The notes below the pieces were generated by a model that saw nothing but the letters and a program-made list of their open reading frames with translations, was not told where the DNA came from and made no database searches. Of a DNA stretch of 64,000 bases, positions 48,691 through 62,813 are shown one piece after another. Origin of the DNA: Gracilinanus agilis (taxonomy: Eukaryota); assembly GCF_016433145.1 (NCBI RefSeq), contig NC_058133.1, positions 166,152,780 to 166,216,779 on the forward strand, in the 5' to 3' direction. Position 1 is the first letter of the stretch. Each line of letters begins with the position of its first letter. The translations under genes were made by a program, and so were the position numbers.

Positions 48691-50227
48691 TTCAAAATGG
48701 AAGAATGGCACTTTATAAATTTTCTTTCAAAAAGTTCATGTTGTAGGTATTTTCAGATATTATTGAAAATGTTGGCCAATATACCTTATTTATACTATAC
48801 AAAATCATGCATCTTCATTTGGATATATTTGGCCAATCTTCATTAAATACGCAATAGGACTGATACAAGCATTTAAGGTTCTTTTCAATGTTATAGTTTT
48901 ATAACAAAAACTGGGTGGTGAAAAAAACAACTGAGAGGCAACAAGTTATTTTCAGATTTCTAAAAACTATGGATGGGGTGGGGTCAGAGAAAGGGGTGAT
49001 TTGGGAATCCAAGATATAACTCCTTGGGGGAGGAGGGCTCTAGTGGTCATGAGATAGAGCATTGAGTAGATGCATTGAGAGCAAATCAGAAAACAGAAGT
49101 ATGTATGAAAGGAAGGTGGAAGGACCTCCAAAGGTTTCTGGGCCTATTTTAGAGTTTGAACTGGTTCCTGGAAGTTATAAATATGTTGTTTTTACAAAGA
49201 AAGTACTTCATAATTTATAGTAAATTCTGTAGTCAGAAATTAGACTGTGGGAGACAAGTTCATTTAATAAATATTTAGTATTTACTGTGTGGCGAAGTAG
49301 CCTTTTGAAGAGGGAAGAACATGGGATATGAATTCAAAACATTTCAGATTTTACTCAGCTTTCCCACCATACCTACAACCACTTATTAGCAAAGTGTAAT
49401 CTTTTCAAGGTGCAGGGCAGCTAGGTGGTATAGTGGATAGAGCACCAGGCCTGGAGTTAGGAAGACTTGTCTTCTTGAGTTCAAACCTGACCTCAGATAC
49501 TTACTAGCTGTGTGACCTTCCGTAAGCCATTTCACCCCCATTTGCCTCAGTTTCTCCTCTGTAAAATGAGGACACAACAGAGAAGAAAATGGCAAACCAC
49601 TCCAATATCTTTGCCAAGAAAACCTGCTGGGCAATGTTCATGAGGTCACATAGAATTGGAAATGATTGAACAAGTTCTTCAAGCTTTAATTTTTTTCAAC
49701 TACAGAAGAGTTTATAATTGCACTTTATAAATCTGTTATATACCTCAACCTAAGGACTTTTCCAGTGCCTCATTACGGTATGAAGTGAGCTCTGGGTTCT
49801 TTAAGACTTTGCCAGTGCAAGACTTTGCCAGTGCAGGGCAGCTAGGTAGCACAGTGGATAGAGCGCCAGGCCTGGAGTCAGGAGGACCTGGGTTCATATG
49901 TGGCCTCAGACACTTCCTAGCTGTGTGATCCTGGGCAGTCACTTAACCCCAGTTGTCCATCCTTTTCTGCTCTTCTGTCTTAGAATTGATACTAAGGCAG
50001 AAGGTAAGAGTTAAAAAAAAAAAACAAAACCAAAAAACCAAAACAACTATGCCAATAGCATGTAAGCTACTTACAATCCAATCCCCCTGGAGCAGATGGT
50101 GTGCTGGACTTGAAATCAGGAAGGCCTAGATTCAAGTCTTTCCTCCAATAACGACTTCTAGTATGAACAAGGACAAGTCACCTAACCTGTCAAGGCCCTA
50201 GTTTCCTTATCTGTAAAATAATACTGT

Positions 50228-50432
50228 GGGGACATCTAGGTGGCTCAGGGGATTAAGAGCCAGGTCCAGAAATGGAAGGTCCTGGGTTCATATTGGCCTC
50301 AGACACTTCCTAGCTGTGTGACCTTGGGCAAGTCACTTAACCCCCATTGTCTAGCCCTTACTGCTCTTCTGCCTTGGAACCAATACACAGTATTGATTCC
50401 AAGACAGAAGGTAAGGGTTTTAAAAAAAAAAG
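50228..50432 (+). mobile_element. SINE1_Mdo-like SINE (another copy at about 49836-50045)
   Basis: CORE-SINE body with gtaagggttttaaaa tail. Confidence 0.75.
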
Positions 50433-51101
50433 TAAAACAATACTGCCTTCTGTCTTATAGGGTTGTGAGGCTCAGAGATGATCATGGATGCAAAGGACAA
50501 ATTTCAAAGTGTTACATGAAGGTTAAGTTGTTATAGTCACTAAACTAAAAAGGCTTTGACTATGGCTGGTCACCATCTATATATATGTCCTGGAGATGAT
50601 TGTTGATGGGCAGTTCTTTTTCAGTCATTTCTAACTCTGTGACTACATTGGAGGTTTTCTTAGCAGAGCTGTTGGAGTGGTTTGTCATTTCCTTCTCCAG
50701 CTCATTTTACAGATGAAGAAATTGAAGCAGTCAGGGTGAAGTGACTTGCCCAGGGTCACATAGCTAGGTCATGTCTGAGGCTGGATTTAAACTCAAGTCT
50801 TCCTGATACTATACCCAGTACTCTAAGCACTTCAACATCTAGCTGCCCTTTGGAGATACTTATCACCAGATAAATAGTCGATCATCAAGTGTCCTCATAG
50901 CAACTCATGAAGGTGACATACAAAAACATGAAGTTGCAACAGGCACATATTTATAAAGTTATCAGTGGTTACTCTTTTTTGTAGAACTTTCTAAATGATA
51001 AAGCTATTAGATGGCAGCTAGGTGGCACAGTGGATAGACTGCCAGACTTGGAGTGGGGAAGATTCGAAATCTTCCTGAGTTATAATTTGGCCTCACATCT
51101 T

Positions 51102-51282
51102 TTTTTTTTAAACCCTTAACTTTTGTGTATTGGCTCCTAGGTGGAAGAGTGGTAAGGGTGGGCAATGGGGGTCAAGTGACTTGCCCAGGGTCACACATCT
51201 GGGAATTGTCTGAGGCCAATTTGAACCCAGGACCTCCTGTCTCTAGGCCTGACTCAATCCAATGAGCTACCCAGCTGCCCCC
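51102..51282 (-). mobile_element. Young short-variant SINE nested in MAR1 (host about 51010-51435)
   Basis: 14-bp TSD TGGCCTCACATCTT at 51088-51101 and 51283-51296. Confidence 0.85.
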
Positions 51283-51554
51283 TGGCCTCACATCTTATAT
51301 GACCTTGGACAAGTCATTTAACCCTTTTGGACTCAGTTTCCTCATCTGTAAAATAAGTTGGAGGAGGAAATGGCAAACCACTCTTTGCCAATTTGCCAAG
51401 AAAACCCCAAATAGGGTCATGATGAGTTGGAAACAATAAAAGTGGTATGGGCTACCTTAAAAAGTGATTATCTACCCCTTCTTTTGTCAGATATGGTCTA
51501 ATGGGGATTTCTTTCATGTATGGAATAGATTAACTGGTTGCTGAGGTCCTTTTC

Positions 51555-52089
51555 TGACAAGTCTTCCTTGCCAAATTATTCGTGGGTCCCCAAGTAGGGG
51601 CAAGGGAAATGAGAGAAAATAAGAGAGAACAAAGTGGGGGTTGGGAGGACCAAGATAGCTGGTAGCTATTAAGGCAAAGGTTTATTGGGAAGAGCTAACA
51701 TTACATAGAGAGAGCAGAACAGGCTGGGGTCTTTGCACAAGTTTTCACCTACACAATGAAAAGTAAATGAATGATAAAGTGGTACAATGTAATCTAGTTT
51801 AGCTCATTGGTCTACACAATGATTTCTATAGATCATAAATCAACATGTAACAACCTAGTTTAGATTCCCAAGGAAATACATACATCAGTGATTTTGTGGG
51901 AATGTTTAGTGATTGAGTCTGAGAAAGGAGGAGGGAGCTTGAGGCTTTAGGCCTCAGGGTGAAAAGGTAAGATATGTGGTAAGCTTCAGCTATATTTTGG
52001 CTTTTCAGCTTTGCTGAGTGGAGTTTCAGGCTTTGCCTTTCATGACCCCAGAGTTTTGCTCAGTGGGGTTTCAGATTTTAGTCCCTACA
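51555..52089 (-). mobile_element. Probable solo ERV LTR, 535 bp
   Basis: TG...CA termini (minus strand starts TGTAGGGAC, ends CTTGTCA); internal minus-strand AATAAA near 51681; flanks CTTTTC/CTTTCC resemble a 5-6 bp TSD. Confidence 0.6.
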
Positions 52090-53029
52090 CTTTCCAATTC
52101 TCAGATTCATTAATTCTGTGAGATGCCATTTTCTCATCTCCTTTCCCTAGAACTTGGGGTCTGATAGAGGAACTTTTGCCTTATCTTTCCTCAACCCAAG
52201 TCTCCACTTTCACTTCTCAGTTATTTCCAAACCAGGTTACTAAAGATTGAACCCTTCCTCACTTTTTCTTGTTGTTGTTCAGTCATGTACTGGAGCAGTT
52301 TGTTATTTCCTTCTGAGGCTCATTTTACAGGGAAGGAAACTGGGACAAACAGTGCTAAGTGACTTACCCAGGGTCACTCAACTAGTAAATGGCCTCAGAG
52401 GCCTGATTTTAACTTAGGAAGATGAGTTCTCCTGTCTCCAGGCCTTGTACTCTATTCATTGCATCACTTAGCTTCTCACTTCTAGTTTCCCTTTATATAT
52501 GTTGCCTTCCTCCATCAGAATGCAACTCCTTGAAGGCAGGTACTATTTCAGTACCTATGTTTGTATCCCAGAGCTTAGTACAGCTGGCCCATGGCAAGTG
52601 TTTAATAAATGATTTTTCATTCATTCCAACTCACTAAACTTTAATTTCCCAAGCTATAATAATAGTAGTAGTAGCAAGGATTTTATAGCACTTTACATAT
52701 ATTTCTTTACATTACCTTTGATCCCAGCAACATCCTGGTACTATTACTCTCCCCATTTTACAGAGGAGGAAACTGAAGCATTAGAGAGGTTAAGGGATTT
52801 GCCTGGAGCCATACAGCGAAGTAGAAGTTGGAAGTAGAAGTCGAACTCAGGACTTCCTGAGACCACTATGCCTCCTAGCGGCCACGTGTAAAATGGACAC
52901 ATTAATATTGATAATACTTGGATGACTTAATTGTGCGGAAAGTGCTTCATATCATTATTATTATTATTTAGAGGACAGGCACACAGACACACACAGACTC
53001 ACAGACACACACGCTTCGAAACGGAGCCT

Positions 53030-53420
53030 GAAAGAGTCCATGTTCCCATAGCAACCTGAGCTCCCGCCCACTTCCGGGAGAGATTAGGCCCTTCCTCCAG
53101 TCGGAGGATCGGAACTCTATGATCTCCGTAGTTACCATTCTATGGCTTTTGCAGTCTAGATGAGCCCGAAGGAGGCACTTCCGGTAACATGGCAGCGCAC
53201 AGGTTGCGGAATCCGCGTGCTTCTGCTAAGGGGACCGCGATGAGAATGTGAACTGCAACCCTTAGGAAGAGAGAATCCGGCTGCATACCGGGAAGACGGA
53301 AGAGGGCCTAAAAGACGTAGATAAATGTAGGGGCTGGAGACTGTCCTCTAGGACTCGCAGCCAGAGGAATGGGAACTAGATTGACGGAGAGCTGAGAGAT
53401 TCCGGAGAGGGGCAGGGGAG
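53030..53420 (+). promoter_or_regulatory. GPATCH4 CpG-rich promoter / first-exon region
   Basis: CpG-rich; ETS ACTTCCGG twice; YY1-like AACATGGC at 53186-53193; RFX X-box GTTCCCATAGCAAC at 53042-53055. Confidence 0.7.
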
Positions 53421-54354
53421 CACCGTGGAGTGGGTTTTTGGGGACTACTGGGGGTTAGTCAATCAGCAAGCATTTATTTATGAAGCACTTACTCGATATC
53501 AGGTACAGTGCTGATCGCTGGGAATACAGAGAAAAGCAGAAAACAGACATTGCTTCCCAGGAATCAGTCACTCTCAAGGAATTTATCAGACAACAAATTT
53601 TACGCTCTTATTATGTGCTAGACTGTCTACTTAAGGACATACAAAGAAAGGCAAGACTAGTTTCTTCTTTCAGGGAATTAATCTATATTTGTTAAGGGCC
53701 TACTGAGTGCCAGGCAGTATGCTAAAGACTGGAGATGCAAAAAGAGGCATAAAATAATTACCTTCAAGGAGCTCACGTTCTAATGAGGCCAACGACGACT
53801 TGTTTATTTTTAGGAACTTACAAGATCTGTATTGGGAAGAGGAAAGGCATTAACAGTTGGAGAGACCAAGGAAGGCCTCTTTCAGAAGGTAGGATTTCAG
53901 TTGCCTTTTTTTTCTAAACCTATAACTTGCATCTTGGAAGCAATGTTGATAATGGGGGATAAATGACTTGCTCAGGTCACATAGCTAGCAAATGGCCGAG
54001 GCTAGATTTGAACCCAGGGCCTCCCCCTCTAAGGCAGAAGGTAGAGTATTCCAAGCATGGAGAACATAGAGGGCAAAGATACAGAAGCTAGAGATGGAGT
54101 GTCCTCTTTGAAGTAGAGGCAGATTCTCTCTAGAGTGGACAAGAGATCGGAAATTTCCCTTAGGAAATTCTTTTAAAGGGCTAGAACCACATTTCTTTCT
54201 GTGTCTAGGTCAGTCCAGAAGCTAGGTCAGGGTTCTGTCCATAGGAATGTGAGGCTAGGATGATGAGTTTGAATGCTTCTCTTTTTTTTCTGTCAGAGAG
54301 CTGGTAGTAACCATCTCTGAACTGGTGAGGACAGAGACTAACCCTTTTCTCAAA

Positions 54355-54433
54355 ATGAGTGCCACCTCAGCAACCAAGAGTCGAGGGATGAAGTTTGCTG
54401 AGGAACAGCTGCAGAGGCATGGATGGAGTCAAG
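54355..54433 (+). CDS. GPATCH4: GPATCH4 first coding exon (MSATSATKSRGMKFAEEQLQRHGWSQ)
   Basis: Matches the G-patch start KSRGMKFAEEQL; donor AAG|GTAAT; 79 nt. Confidence 0.92.
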
Positions 54434-55329
54434 GTAATACTTACTGACCCTAGTCCACTTCTCCCTAGGAAGAGCCCTAAACCCAAGCCTTCTGCTTTCT
54501 AGTACCCTAGAGCCATGAAAGAAACTGTCCCACCAGCAGCACTACCTTAGTTCTTAGGAATAGGAAGAATTGTTCTGAATGGGAAATTAAGGTCTGGTAA
54601 GGGACTGAGAAGATGGGAAAAGGGCAGGGAAAAGAGCCACCATTAGAAATGATCCTCAATACCTGTTAAGTTTTGTGGAGCACTTAACATAAATGATCAC
54701 ATTTGCTCTACCTAAAACAACCCTGTGAGGTAAGTGCCTATAGTTATACTCATTTTTTTAAACCCTTACCTTCCACCTTAGAATCAATAGTATGTATTGG
54801 CTCTGAGTCATTAGAGTAGTAAGGGCTAGGCAATGGGGGTTAAGTGACTTTCCCAGGGTCACACAGCTAGGAAGTGTCTGAGACCACCCAGCTGCCCCAT
54901 CTTTATACCCATTTTACAACTAAGAAAACAGAAAATAAGTATCCAAGTCAGGATTTGAACTCAGCTCTTCCTAAATCAAGTCCAGTGCTTTATGCATTGC
55001 ACTACCTAGGTGCCTCTGGTCTTCATTGTGAGCAAAACCCTATCCTGGGGTAGAGGGCTATTTGGAGGAAAGAGAAAAGATCTCTTCATAAGAAACTATA
55101 CACTACTCCTCTTATAAACTTGAAGCTATTAGAATTTAAAACTGTACTGAGATTTTTGGGAAGCTCTATATAATAGGTGAGAGAACTCCCTTAAGCTAAT
55201 AATAAGTTATATTTCTGTAAAACTTTTCCTGTTTGCAAAGTACCATGATCACAGCCCTGGGACAGGGTAGGTAATGTGAAGTAGCATTATCCCTCCTATG
55301 TTATAGGTAAGGCGGAAAGAGAATCTAGG

Positions 55330-55595
55330 AGTGTGATGTTAAGCACATGCGCCAGAGGGGGCACTCAGCCCTCTCTATGGGCACGGGCACCATCACCCTC
55401 ATCCCGGCACAGAGTTCACCACTAGAAAGCCAGTAAGACCAGGCTGTTCCCTTTCCCCTCTCCATGCACCTGAGGACATGCCTCACTTTACCATCCCCTC
55501 TGCCCAGCAGCACAATGAGAACTTCCTCCCTCCCATGTCTAGGGTAAGGAGGGGAGTAATTTGGGCACTTGGTCTCAAAAGGTTCAACATCACTG
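55330..55595. mobile_element. Second copy of the same hAT MITE family, left end degenerate
   Basis: Right TIR AAAAGGTTCAACATCACTG; shares the CCCCTCTGCCCAGCAGC and CCTGAGGACAT segments with the 44.3-kb copy. Confidence 0.7.
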
Positions 55596-56179
55596 CCCTA
55601 AGAGGTGATATGATTTGTCCATGGTGATATGGATCATAAGTGACAGCTAGAAATTGAATGTAGGACTTTGAATATTGAATTTAATGCTCTTTCAGTTATG
55701 GGGTGCAATGTTTAGAGCTCTGAGCCTGGAGTCAGGAAGATCTGAATTCAAATCCTGTCTCAGGTCTTTACTAGAGCTGGAAGTCTGGGGCATGTCAATA
55801 ATTCATGCTTATCTCAGTTTCTTCATCTGTAAAATGTATGGAGATCCACATAATAGCACTTACCTCCCAGAGGTGTTGTTAGGCTTAAATGAGATATGAA
55901 TTGTAAGCCCTTAGCACTATGCCTGGCACAGAGTAAGCTCTATTTAAATGTTAAACTATTATTTTGATGACGGTGCCATTCTTCCTTTGGGGAGAGTTGG
56001 AGAGACACAATTTCTAGTCTTTTGTGTAGTTGTAATCTCACTTAGGATACAGAGAGATAAGGACAAATCATCCATTTGAATGGGCTCTGCTCATCAATGC
56101 AGGAAAATTGGCTTGAGTGGAGTCTGGAGCCTCAGAAGTTCTCCAGAATTGGAGAAGAGGGAAGGATAGAGATGATTGA

Positions 56180-56771
<592 letters not shown>

Positions 56772-57443
56772 GTAAAGGTACTAGAGACTAGGGATAAAAA
56801 AGACCCTTTTCCCATCTGCTAGTTCAAGTGGGGCTTCTACTCCTCTGTGGCCTTCACTAGAAGGAGACAGTAGCCCCATTCTCATTTACAAGAGGAAGAA
56901 GCTACACAGTGAATTCTAAAAGACAAGTCTTTACTAGCTATTCTACAGCCCTCTACATGCTGAATTATGCAGTGAGATAGAGCTAACGCTTTGTTGAACC
57001 ATAAGGCCTGGATAGTAAGAGATGTAGCTAGGCTATAAGACTATATAATGAGTACAGAACTTTATCAGATCTAGATTGTAGTCCTAGTTCTGCTATTTGT
57101 GTGTTCTCAGGCAAATCAGTTCTCTCTCTTCAGTTCTTTGTTATCTCCTCTCAATTTCTTCATTTGTAAAATTAAGGACATTGGGCTGGATAGCATCCAA
57201 GGTCCTTTTGAGCTGACATTCTAGGGTTCTTTGCCAAGTCTTTTACTTTCCAAAAGAACTCTTCTCTTTTTAGCAAGTATCCAGAATTCTAGTGTATATG
57301 GGAAAGAATGGGGACACGCATTACCCTATTGAGGAAAGTCCATGGAAAGGATGTAATAAATGAACTTTTAATAATAACTTGCATTTATATGGCATTCTGC
57401 AATTTACAAAGCATTTCCTTTACAACTAGCCTGGAAGCTTGGT

Positions 57444-57588
57444 NNNNNNNNNNNNNNNNNNNNNNNNNNNNNNNNNNNNNNNNNNNNNNNNNNNNNNNNN
57501 NNNNNNNNNNNNNNNNNNNNNNNNNNNNNNNNNNNNNNNNNNNNNNNNNNNNNNNNNNNNNNNNNNNNNNNNNNNNNNNNNNNNNNNN
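57444..57588. other. Assembly gap (145 N) in a GPATCH4 intron
   Basis: Run of N. Confidence 0.99.
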
Positions 57589-59262
57589 ATTTGTGATATG
57601 CTAGGTACTTTGCTAAGCACTTTACAATTATCTCATTTGAATCTCACAACAATTCTGTGAGGTAAATTCTATTATTATCTTCATTATAAAATGATTTGAA
57701 TAAAATTTTATGAATGTATAGAAAATAAAGTTGAAGAAATTGAGGCAGAAGTTAAGTGACTTGCCTAGGGTCACAGAGCTAGTAAGTGTGTGAGGCAGGA
57801 TTTGAATTCAGGTCTTCCCAACTCCAGGCCTGGCACTTTATCCACTTGACTACCTTGCTGCTCAAGTTAAGTGACTTGCCCAGGAGCATTCAGCTTTTGG
57901 TGTCTGAAGAAAGTTTCAGACCTGGTGCCACAGGGAATTTAACAATCTGCTCAATTCTTCTCCCTTTTAACTGAAGATCCCCATGGATACTTTAACCAAA
58001 ATAATCATAAAAAATAGTCACCTTGACTTCAGTAAGTAATAATTAAAGCATTTTACTATCTGTTTTCATTCATTCCCATAATCTGATTATAGAATCAGAG
58101 CTTTAGATGTGGAAGATCATCTCACCAAACCCCCTCTTTTTATAGATGAGGCAAGTAATCCAAAGTCCCAAAAGAAGTAAGGGGTAAACCTGGAATTCAA
58201 TACAGGGTCTTTTGGATCTGAACCAGTATTCTTTCCACTGGGTCACAGTCTTTCTGAGATGGGCAGGCCCAGATTTGTCATTGTAGCATGAGAGATACAG
58301 CATCTGAAATATGGAGCTATGTGTGAAATGGGTATATGGTGCTTGGCTAGTAGAACTCAGGACTGGGAATATTAGAAACAAATTTTTAATGAAGAGGGAT
58401 GAGGATGGTGATGAAAGGGTACAGATTTAGTCCTCTCTCCTCCACTCAAAATCCTTTCAGTGGCCCCTTGTTACTTACCTAGTAAAAGTCAATTCTTCCT
58501 TAGCCTGGCATTCAAAAGTCCCCCTTATCTGTTGCTAAAAACACTTCCAGACTTAACTCCCAGCTTTTCTTCTCCAAGTATCCTGTGTTCCAGCCAAACT
58601 GAGCTATTTCCTAACTCCTGTATAAGATCATCCTTTTGGTCATGTTCCTTAAACCTAAAATGTTCTTCCCCAGCCCTAAAACTGTCGAAAGCTTCCCTGT
58701 TCTTTAAAGCCCTCTTAGAAATGTCACCATTAGTAATTAGCCCTCACCTCTACCCTCAGGAGAACTTGAAACCTTAAGGGCTTTTTTGGTGACCTGGATC
58801 TGTGCCCCCTGACTTAATTAACTGATAAGGAAATTGGGAAGGTGGCATAGTGGATAGGGTGCCAGTCCTGGATTCAGGAGGACCTAAGTTCAAATGTGAC
58901 TTCAGATCCTTACTGTTCTGGTGGTGTGACCCTGGATAAATAATTAACTGTTTGCCTGGTTTCTTCATCTATGAAATAAGCTGGAGAAGGAAATGCCAAA
59001 CTACTGAAAACAAAGAATCTGAAAAGACTGAACAACAAAGGAAATACCTTCTAATAATGCAGACCAGTAACTGATCTGCAACTTAACCAGCTTGGATTTG
59101 CCTGAACTATGTTATATTCCAGTTATTTAAGTGAGTTATATCTCCTTAACAGACTGTAAAGCCTGAGAAAACAGGAGCCATTCTAGCTAAACTTTGCATG
59201 TTCTGCACAAAGTAGGCACTTTCTAAGTATTTGCTGATACTGAGCATTCACTCTCCTGCCAG

Positions 59263-59348
59263 AGTGCCACTCTGACTTCAGGAGGGGAGCAAGCGGAGAA
59301 ACCGAGCGAACAAAGCAGCGAAGATGAAGCACCTCCACCAGCAAAGAT
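59263..59348 (+). CDS. GPATCH4: GPATCH4 exon (SATLTSGGEQAEKPSEQSSEDEAPPPAKI)
   Basis: tgccag|AGT acceptor, AT|GTGAG donor; 86 nt; ATLTSGGE motif. Confidence 0.92.
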
Positions 59349-59738
59349 GTGAGAATTCCCTCAAAATTGGGAGGGCAATGTGAAGGCATTGCTCTAATAT
59401 TCCATGCCCTGTGAGTGTGGCCAGATTTTCTTTTGTTTTTAAAACCTTACTTTCTGTCTTAGTATTAGCTCTAAGACAGAAGAATGGCAGGGGCTAGACA
59501 ATGGGGTTTGTGACTTGTTCAGGGTCATATAGCTAGAAAGTATCTGAGGCCACATCTGAACCCAGGACCTCCCCTCTTCAGGCTTGGCACTCTGATCTAC
59601 TATGTCACTTAGCTGCCTCTTGGACAGATTTTCTTTAAGAGTGTTGGACTCCCTGCCCGAGATAGCTTGGAGGGGAGAGAGATTGTTTTTTTCCCTAGGC
59701 TCTGAGTCTCCCTTATTCACTTTTCCCTCAACGTCCAG

Positions 59739-59789
59739 CTTGACAGATGAAGAGTTGATTCGAGCCTGCGAGGGACGCACTGCCCACAA
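59739..59789 (+). CDS. GPATCH4: GPATCH4 exon (LTDEELIRACEGRTAHK)
   Basis: ccag|C acceptor, AA|GTAAG donor; 51 nt; ACEGRTAHK motif. Confidence 0.95.
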
Positions 59790-59918
59790 GTAAGAGGCGA
59801 TCCGCTGGTTTTCTTGAAAGCTTTGCTCTCCTCTCCCTGTCCTTCTCTAGCCTCACCATCTCTGCACTCACCCTCTCAGGGGGAGCTTCCATCACTCTCT
59901 AGCCCCTTCTCCCTCTAG

Positions 59919-60389
<471 letters not shown>

Positions 60390-60541
60390 TGAGGCCTGCC
60401 AGTAACCGTCTGCATTCCTTTGTTGGCGACCAGAACTGCAGAGGTCCAGGCCTCTTTGGGCCCTTGACTCATTGCAAGGGGTGGGGGGCAGAGGAGATAA
60501 CCTAGGATTCTTCAGGTGCCCCTACCCTGCACAGAGGGATC

Positions 60542-60547
60542 AATAAA
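60542..60547 (+). terminator. GPATCH4 polyA signal AATAAA
   Basis: First AATAAA after the stop codon. Confidence 0.6.
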
Positions 60548-61173
60548 CACCTCCATGTCCCAATCATTCCTGCTCAGGCTCTTTGCTCACCCTCCACCCA
60601 GGGCTTTTCCCATGATCTGGGCTGGGGATGAGGCACCAGTCATTATTTCCTGTACCACAGGAAGATCCTTTGGTTCTGTCCCCACTTTTGCCAAAGTATC
60701 ACCAGGTAAAGGAGGGCTGAGGGAAACACTGAAGGCGTCTTCATCCACTTTCCTGCCTACAGGTAAGTTTACCCCAGTCAGATGGATAAAAATTACTTAT
60801 TTTCAAAGAAGTAACAATGTCGTGTGGATGGCCATTTCAGCACTCCTTATTAACAGGAGGTCCTTGCCATTTACCCTGCTGCAGGATCCAGTCATCTTGA
60901 TCATGTTCATAGAATTTAAGACTGGAAAGGACCTTAGAGGATTATCCTCACCCCCCCCCCCCTTCACATATAATGAAACTAAGGCACAGAAACATTAAGT
61001 GATATGCCCAAAGTCACATAGCTCTGGGATTCAAGCTCAGGTCCTCTTGACTCCCAAGAGCAGCTTCTTTCCACTATACCATGCTGTGCCCCCTCTGGCC
61101 CACAAAGATGGTGCCACCCCACCCAGAAGATCTCAAAGCATTTTACAGATCCAAATCAAGGATAAACTCAGTC

Positions 61174-61179
61174 TTTATT
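61174..61179 (-). terminator. NAXE polyA signal AATAAA
   Basis: 20 nt after the stop codon, implying a very short 3'UTR. Confidence 0.7.
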
Positions 61180-61199
61180 GAGGGCACACCAGCCTTCCC

Positions 61200-61402
61200 T
61201 CACTGCAGTTGTAGGACACAATCAGTTCCTGGGTAGGGGGGCAGGTTCAGTTGGTATTTCTTCTCTAAGTCAGATGGCACAAAGCGGCCTCCTAGGTAGT
61301 GGTGTCGGCCCTTGAACAGAGTAGCTGCCTTTTTGGGGGCTGTCAGTGAGATGAGCAAGTCAGGTCTGATGCCCTCTGGGTTCCCTTTCTCCACATCCCA
61401 CC
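61200..61402 (-). CDS. NAXE: NAXE exon 6 ([25 protein letters not shown]...DCVLQLQ*)
   Basis: cacag|GG acceptor; TGA at 61202-61200; summed CDS 855 nt = 284 aa. Confidence 0.97.
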
Positions 61403-61808
61403 CTGTGGGTGAAAGGAATATTTTATGAGGTCACAGCATTCAGTTCTCTTCCATCTTTGCTCACCATTTCTGAACTTGGTTTCAGCTTAGCCCTTAGGGA
61501 AGGAAAAAGAGGAGAGCCACTGGAGAGTAAGAACACTAGGCCCTGTCCCAGGCTCTCCAGGTACCTCTGTGTTTTGGGGTTTCTTTATATAGAAGAAGTG
61601 AAACCAGCCTGTGACAGCAGTCGGTGAGGATGCAGAGCTAAGAAGTATTATTCTCAGGTCCTTGCTTCCAAGAACCTTCCAGCTCTTAACATTCTAGGAT
61701 TCTGGTAGCTTTGCATCCTTCCCAGCTTGGGAACATAAGCCTCCCTGGGAGTGTTCAGAGGTCATCTGCCTATCTTATCATCCTACACCTCCCCCACCCC
61801 GAAGGTAC

Positions 61809-61956
61809 CTGAGGGGATGTCAATGCTGGCAATGGGCACAGTGAGCCCATTCATTATACTCAGGATGGCTCCAAATGGCTCCCGGACAGCACCCTTGAAG
61901 CTGAAGCCAAAGATGGCATCTACCACTAATTCATATAGCTCGTCAATCAGCATTGG
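61809..61956 (-). CDS. NAXE: NAXE exon 5 ([22 protein letters not shown]...IASIDIPS)
   Basis: VVDAIFG and SIDIPSG motifs; tgtag|CCA acceptor, CAG|GTACC donor; 148 nt. Confidence 0.97.
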
Positions 61957-62489
61957 CTACAGAGAAGGGAGAGGAAGAGTATGTCAGTGATCCATTACCC
62001 AATAGTAAGATTATATGTCTGTATACATATATACATGCACATGTATATATGTCAGTGGAGGCTAATACCATATGGGTTGAGTCAAAAAACACTTGTGGTT
62101 TGTGCTGAGGGGATAGCCTCTTGATTTCTGAGGAATCTCAGGCACCAGAAACTAGGATAGAAGTCTCAGGATCATAATTAAAACAGAAAAGGACCTTCAA
62201 AAGAAAACACCTTCCCAGAGGTTAATTTTCCCAAACTCAAATAGGTGAGCAGTGAGTAGCCAAACCAGGATTTAAAACCCAGGCCTATGAACTCTGGGGA
62301 AGTACGAGAGGGGGGCAAGGGGATCTATATGGTTACGGAGGAGTCCAGGAGGAAACACTTGGGCTTCACTGTTTGGGTAGGAACTAAAAGAGAAAGCTTT
62401 CAAACCGAAGAAAAGGAAGAGCAAAGAACTAATGGCTATGCATTAGGGAAAGGGTTTAAAAGTGATTGAGAGGGCTGGATGCCTCCTAC

Positions 62490-62603
62490 CTCAGGGGGCA
62501 TCTCAGGAAGAAAAGGGATGTCCATCTTCTGACACTGTGTCACCAGAGCATCAAAGAGTGGCTTGTTTGGCTTCTTAGGATAATGGATCTTTGGCTCATA
62601 CCC
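62490..62603 (-). CDS. NAXE: NAXE exon 4 ([38 protein letters not shown])
   Basis: cctag|GGG acceptor, GAG|GTAGG donor; 114 nt. Confidence 0.96.
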
Positions 62604-62702
62604 CTAGGAAGAAGGGAGATATATATATGTTCCAGATCACTGAATCCTGAGAGGCCCATTTCATCCTATCAACCTCCCTTAGTGGTACCTCCCCATACTC
62701 AC

Positions 62703-62813
62703 AAAGAGTTTCAGGTGCCTAGCACAGACAAGGCCATCCCCTCCATTGTTCCCAGGGCCACAGATAACCAAGACTGCTGGAGGGTTGCTGCCAAAAGAAC
62801 CAAGTGGGTATGC
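62703..62813 (-). CDS. NAXE: NAXE exon 3 ([37 protein letters not shown])
   Basis: GPGNNGGDG motif; tatag|GCA acceptor, TTT|GTGAGT donor; 111 nt. Confidence 0.97.

Noticed and set aside
57308-57660. ORFs spanning the N run
   Set aside because: Artifacts of the assembly gap.
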